From: an uncultured Candidatus Saccharibacteria bacterium
GTDB lineage: Bacteria; Patescibacteriota; Minisyncoccia; Phycocordibacterales; UBA2100
NCBI GenBank assembly: GCA_964633425.1
Contig: CAZWFX010000006.1
Location: forward strand, 4,955 to 68,954
Length of the DNA stretch: 64,000 nt
Direction of reading: 5' to 3'
The notes beneath the pieces are model-generated. The model worked only from the letters and a program-made list of their open reading frames with translations. It made no database searches and was not told where the DNA came from. The position numbers and the translations under genes were made by a program. Positions 62,256-64,000 of the stretch are shown piece after piece (within the stretch, counting starts at the first letter, position 1; every line of letters begins with the position of its first letter).

Positions 62256-62320
62256 GCAGCCTTTGTACGTATGCCACATATCCTCTTTTTGCGGGCGCAT
62301 CTCCTCGGGTCGAGGCGGGT

Positions 62321-62662
62321 ATGTCGTATACTTCATACATGCGTGCGATCGCAGGTACACTCGCGGGGATCATACTGCTTATGGCCCCTACCGCTGTAGT
62401 GGCACAAACGAACCCCTTCGGCGGACCGATCACGCAGATCATTTTTTGCTACAACCAGGCGATTTGGACGACCGTCGGCCCCCCGGTGGGAGGCATCTAT
62501 ATATGGACGCCCTCGACGGTTACATACCAGTTCGGACCGCCGGCACATGTGGGCCAGTACCTGCTCGGGCTCTACGGTGCCCCCTACTACTGCCTCGTAT
62601 CGATCGTTCCGATCATCGTGTTTGCAGGCATCTCCATAACCATGATGGGCAGTAGCCAATGA
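62321..62662 (+). CDS. small secreted/membrane protein (113 aa)
   Basis: Signal peptide AGTLAGIILLMAPTAVVA and C-terminal TM. GAGGCGGG upstream of ATG 62321. Confidence 0.45.
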   Translation: MSYTSYMRAIAGTLAGIILLMAPTAVVAQTNPFGGPITQIIFCYNQAIWTTVGPPVGGIYIWTPSTVTYQFGPPAHVGQYLLGLYGAPYYCLVSIVPIIVFAGISITMMGSSQ

Positions 62663-62786
62663 AAAAGAGTGCTTGAGCACTCTTTTTCTTTAGGCTACTG
62701 AGCCGGAGCGATGTCGCCAAAGCTTTGGCGACCGCGAGGCGGGGCCTGCGACCGAGTCGCGCGACGGCGCGACGAGAGTTGTGGGC
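62661..62786. repeat. structured intergenic element, copy B
   Basis: Collinear with 19928-20055. See findings. Confidence 0.7.
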
Positions 62787-62801
62787 GCAGTCAGTAAACT
62801 C

Positions 62802-63578
62802 CTACCCCACCAACGTCCTCGTGATGGTCTTCCAGCTTTCTATTCCGATATCCTCCGCCCGCGCTTTTTCTGAAATTCCTGTCTGCGCAAGTGCGGAAAG
62901 AGCCTTTTCTTTCCCGAACGTGACTGCAAGATTGTTCGCCACCATCTTTCGCTTCGAAGCAAAACCGGCGTGCGCGACTTTGAAAAAGCCCTCCTCTGTT
63001 ATGTCGCTGAAGAATTTTTTCGATACGTTGTCGATGACGAGGATCGCAGAATCCACGTTCGGTGCCGGAGAAAAATGTTTTGCGGGAACTTTATCCGTGA
63101 TGCGCGGCGTACCGTACGCCTTTATCGACAGTGAAAGCAGGCTTTCTTTTTTGGAAACGGCGCGTTGTGCGACTTCCTTTTGTACCAGGAGTGCGAGTGC
63201 GCGCGGCTGTACCGGTGCAGTCAGGAACTGCCGGATAATTTCCCCTGTTATGTAATACGGAATATTCGCTGCGACGACATACGACGAAAGCCCGAGCGAC
63301 TCTGCCGACACGTTACGGACGTCGTCTTCGACGAGTCGAAACGTTCCCGCAGCGATCTCGCTCGCGAACATTGCTTCAAGTTTCGGTATAAGCTCGGGAT
63401 CTTTCTCGACAGCGACCGTGCGCCCGAGTGTGAGCAACTCCTTCGTAAGGATGCCCTTGCCCGGACCGATCTCAAGGTAGGTCTCGCCGTCGTTCAATGG
63501 CACCGCGTGCGCAAGCGCCCGCGCTGCCCACGAGTGAATGAGAAAGTGTTGTCCGAGTTTTGCGCCGCCCCGCTTCAT
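62802..63578 (-). CDS. rsmA: 16S rRNA (adenine1518/1519-N6)-dimethyltransferase RsmA/KsgA
   Basis: LGQHFL, LEIGPGKGILT, ANIPYYITG. Confidence 0.88.
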   Translation of the reverse strand: MKRGGAKLGQHFLIHSWAARALAHAVPLNDGETYLEIGPGKGILTKELLTLGRTVAVEKDPELIPKLEAMFASEIAAGTFRLVEDDVRNVSAESLGLSSYVVAANIPYYITGEIIRQFLTAPVQPRALALLVQKEVAQRAVSKKESLLSLSIKAYGTPRITDKVPAKHFSPAPNVDSAILVIDNVSKKFFSDITEEGFFKVAHAGFASKRKMVANNLAVTFGKEKALSALAQTGISEKARAEDIGIESWKTITRTLVG

Positions 63579-63587
63579 AGGGCGACA

Positions 63588-64000
63588 TTACCGAATGATG
63601 TCGTCGTCGTCGAGGAGTGAGCGTTTGCGGGCGACTGTCTTGAGGAGGCGCGCATCGATGTCGTCTATGAATTCCGATGGGATCGCGTATTCGCGCGACC
63701 CGTATTTCATGCGCTCCGCAGCGTACGAAAGGAACAGTTGTTTGCGTGCACGCGTGAGCGCCACGTAAAACAGACGCCGTTCTTCTTCATCGTCGCGGGT
63801 ACTGTCACCCTGGCGGATCGAGGGAAACAGACCCTGCTCGAGTCCGCTCACGAACACGGCATCGAATTCCAGACCCTTCGACGCATGTATTGTCATGAGC
63901 GAGACGGCGTCCTGTTTTTCTTCGAGTTCGTCCTGGTCGCTCTGGAGCGCGGCCTCTTCGAGCAGCTTTTCAATGCCCGTCGGCGGCTGCTCAAAATCGT
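63588..64000 (-). CDS. UvrD/PcrA-family helicase, C-terminal part (gene continues past window end)
   Basis: TIHASKGLEFDAVFV..RRLFYVALTRARKQLFLSYA. The reading frame is open to the window edge. Confidence 0.8.
   Translation of the reverse strand, partial: DFEQPPTGIEKLLEEAALQSDQDELEEKQDAVSLMTIHASKGLEFDAVFVSGLEQGLFPSIRQGDSTRDDEEERRLFYVALTRARKQLFLSYAAERMKYGSREYAIPSEFIDDIDARLLKTVARKRSLLDDDDIIR

Noticed and set aside
19969-62786. Direct repeats about 42.7 kb apart, one right after tRNA-Lys, as possible attL/attR of an integrated island
   Set aside because: The interval contains dnaA, dnaN, polA, ruvB, ruvC, rpmH and oriC, and no integrase. The repeats do not include the tRNA 3' end. They differ by compensatory stem changes, unlike att duplications. 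A third, divergent copy exists at 12473-12550.

Overview
GC-rich bacterial chromosomal window centred on the replication origin: dnaN and dnaA on the minus strand, then rpmH-rnpA-yidC-jag on the plus strand, with a perfect DnaA box in the dnaA-rpmH spacer. I infer a Patescibacteria/CPR (Parcubacteria-like) genome from the gene content. That content is cofactor salvage instead of biosynthesis (riboflavin kinase + EamA + FMNAT-like; NadM-Nudix + NadV; YhhQ), type IV pilus parts (pilM, pilB), a minimal VirB4/VirB6/PrgI/VirB2-like cluster, many large anchored surface proteins of unknown function, dispersed ruvX/ruvA/ruvB/ruvC, and peptidoglycan genes (Mur ligase, PBP1A, UppP, PAP2). Four tRNAs are present: Ser-TGA, Arg-GCG, Lys-TTT, and a Val-TAC-like gene interrupted by a 43-nt insertion. 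No rRNA, CRISPR array, transposase or integrase was seen. The signals I consider most worth a second look are: (1) a hairpin-rich intergenic element in three copies whose loops and linkers are conserved while the stems covary; (2) the interrupted tRNA-Val; (3) an ~890-bp gene-free region with a triplicated 12-mer next to a DnaA-domain-IV-only protein; (4) a 12-kb T4SS-like operon with no coupling protein or relaxase, whose three internal promoters share the 10-mer GGGGTATACT; (5) -10 hexamers 6-8 nt upstream of about 19 start codons, suggesting leaderless mRNAs; (6) a CoaB-like/class II aldolase fusion gene; (7) a GGA-rich candidate sRNA after tRNA-Ser. All calls come from reading the sequence and the ORF track by hand. 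No database search was run.
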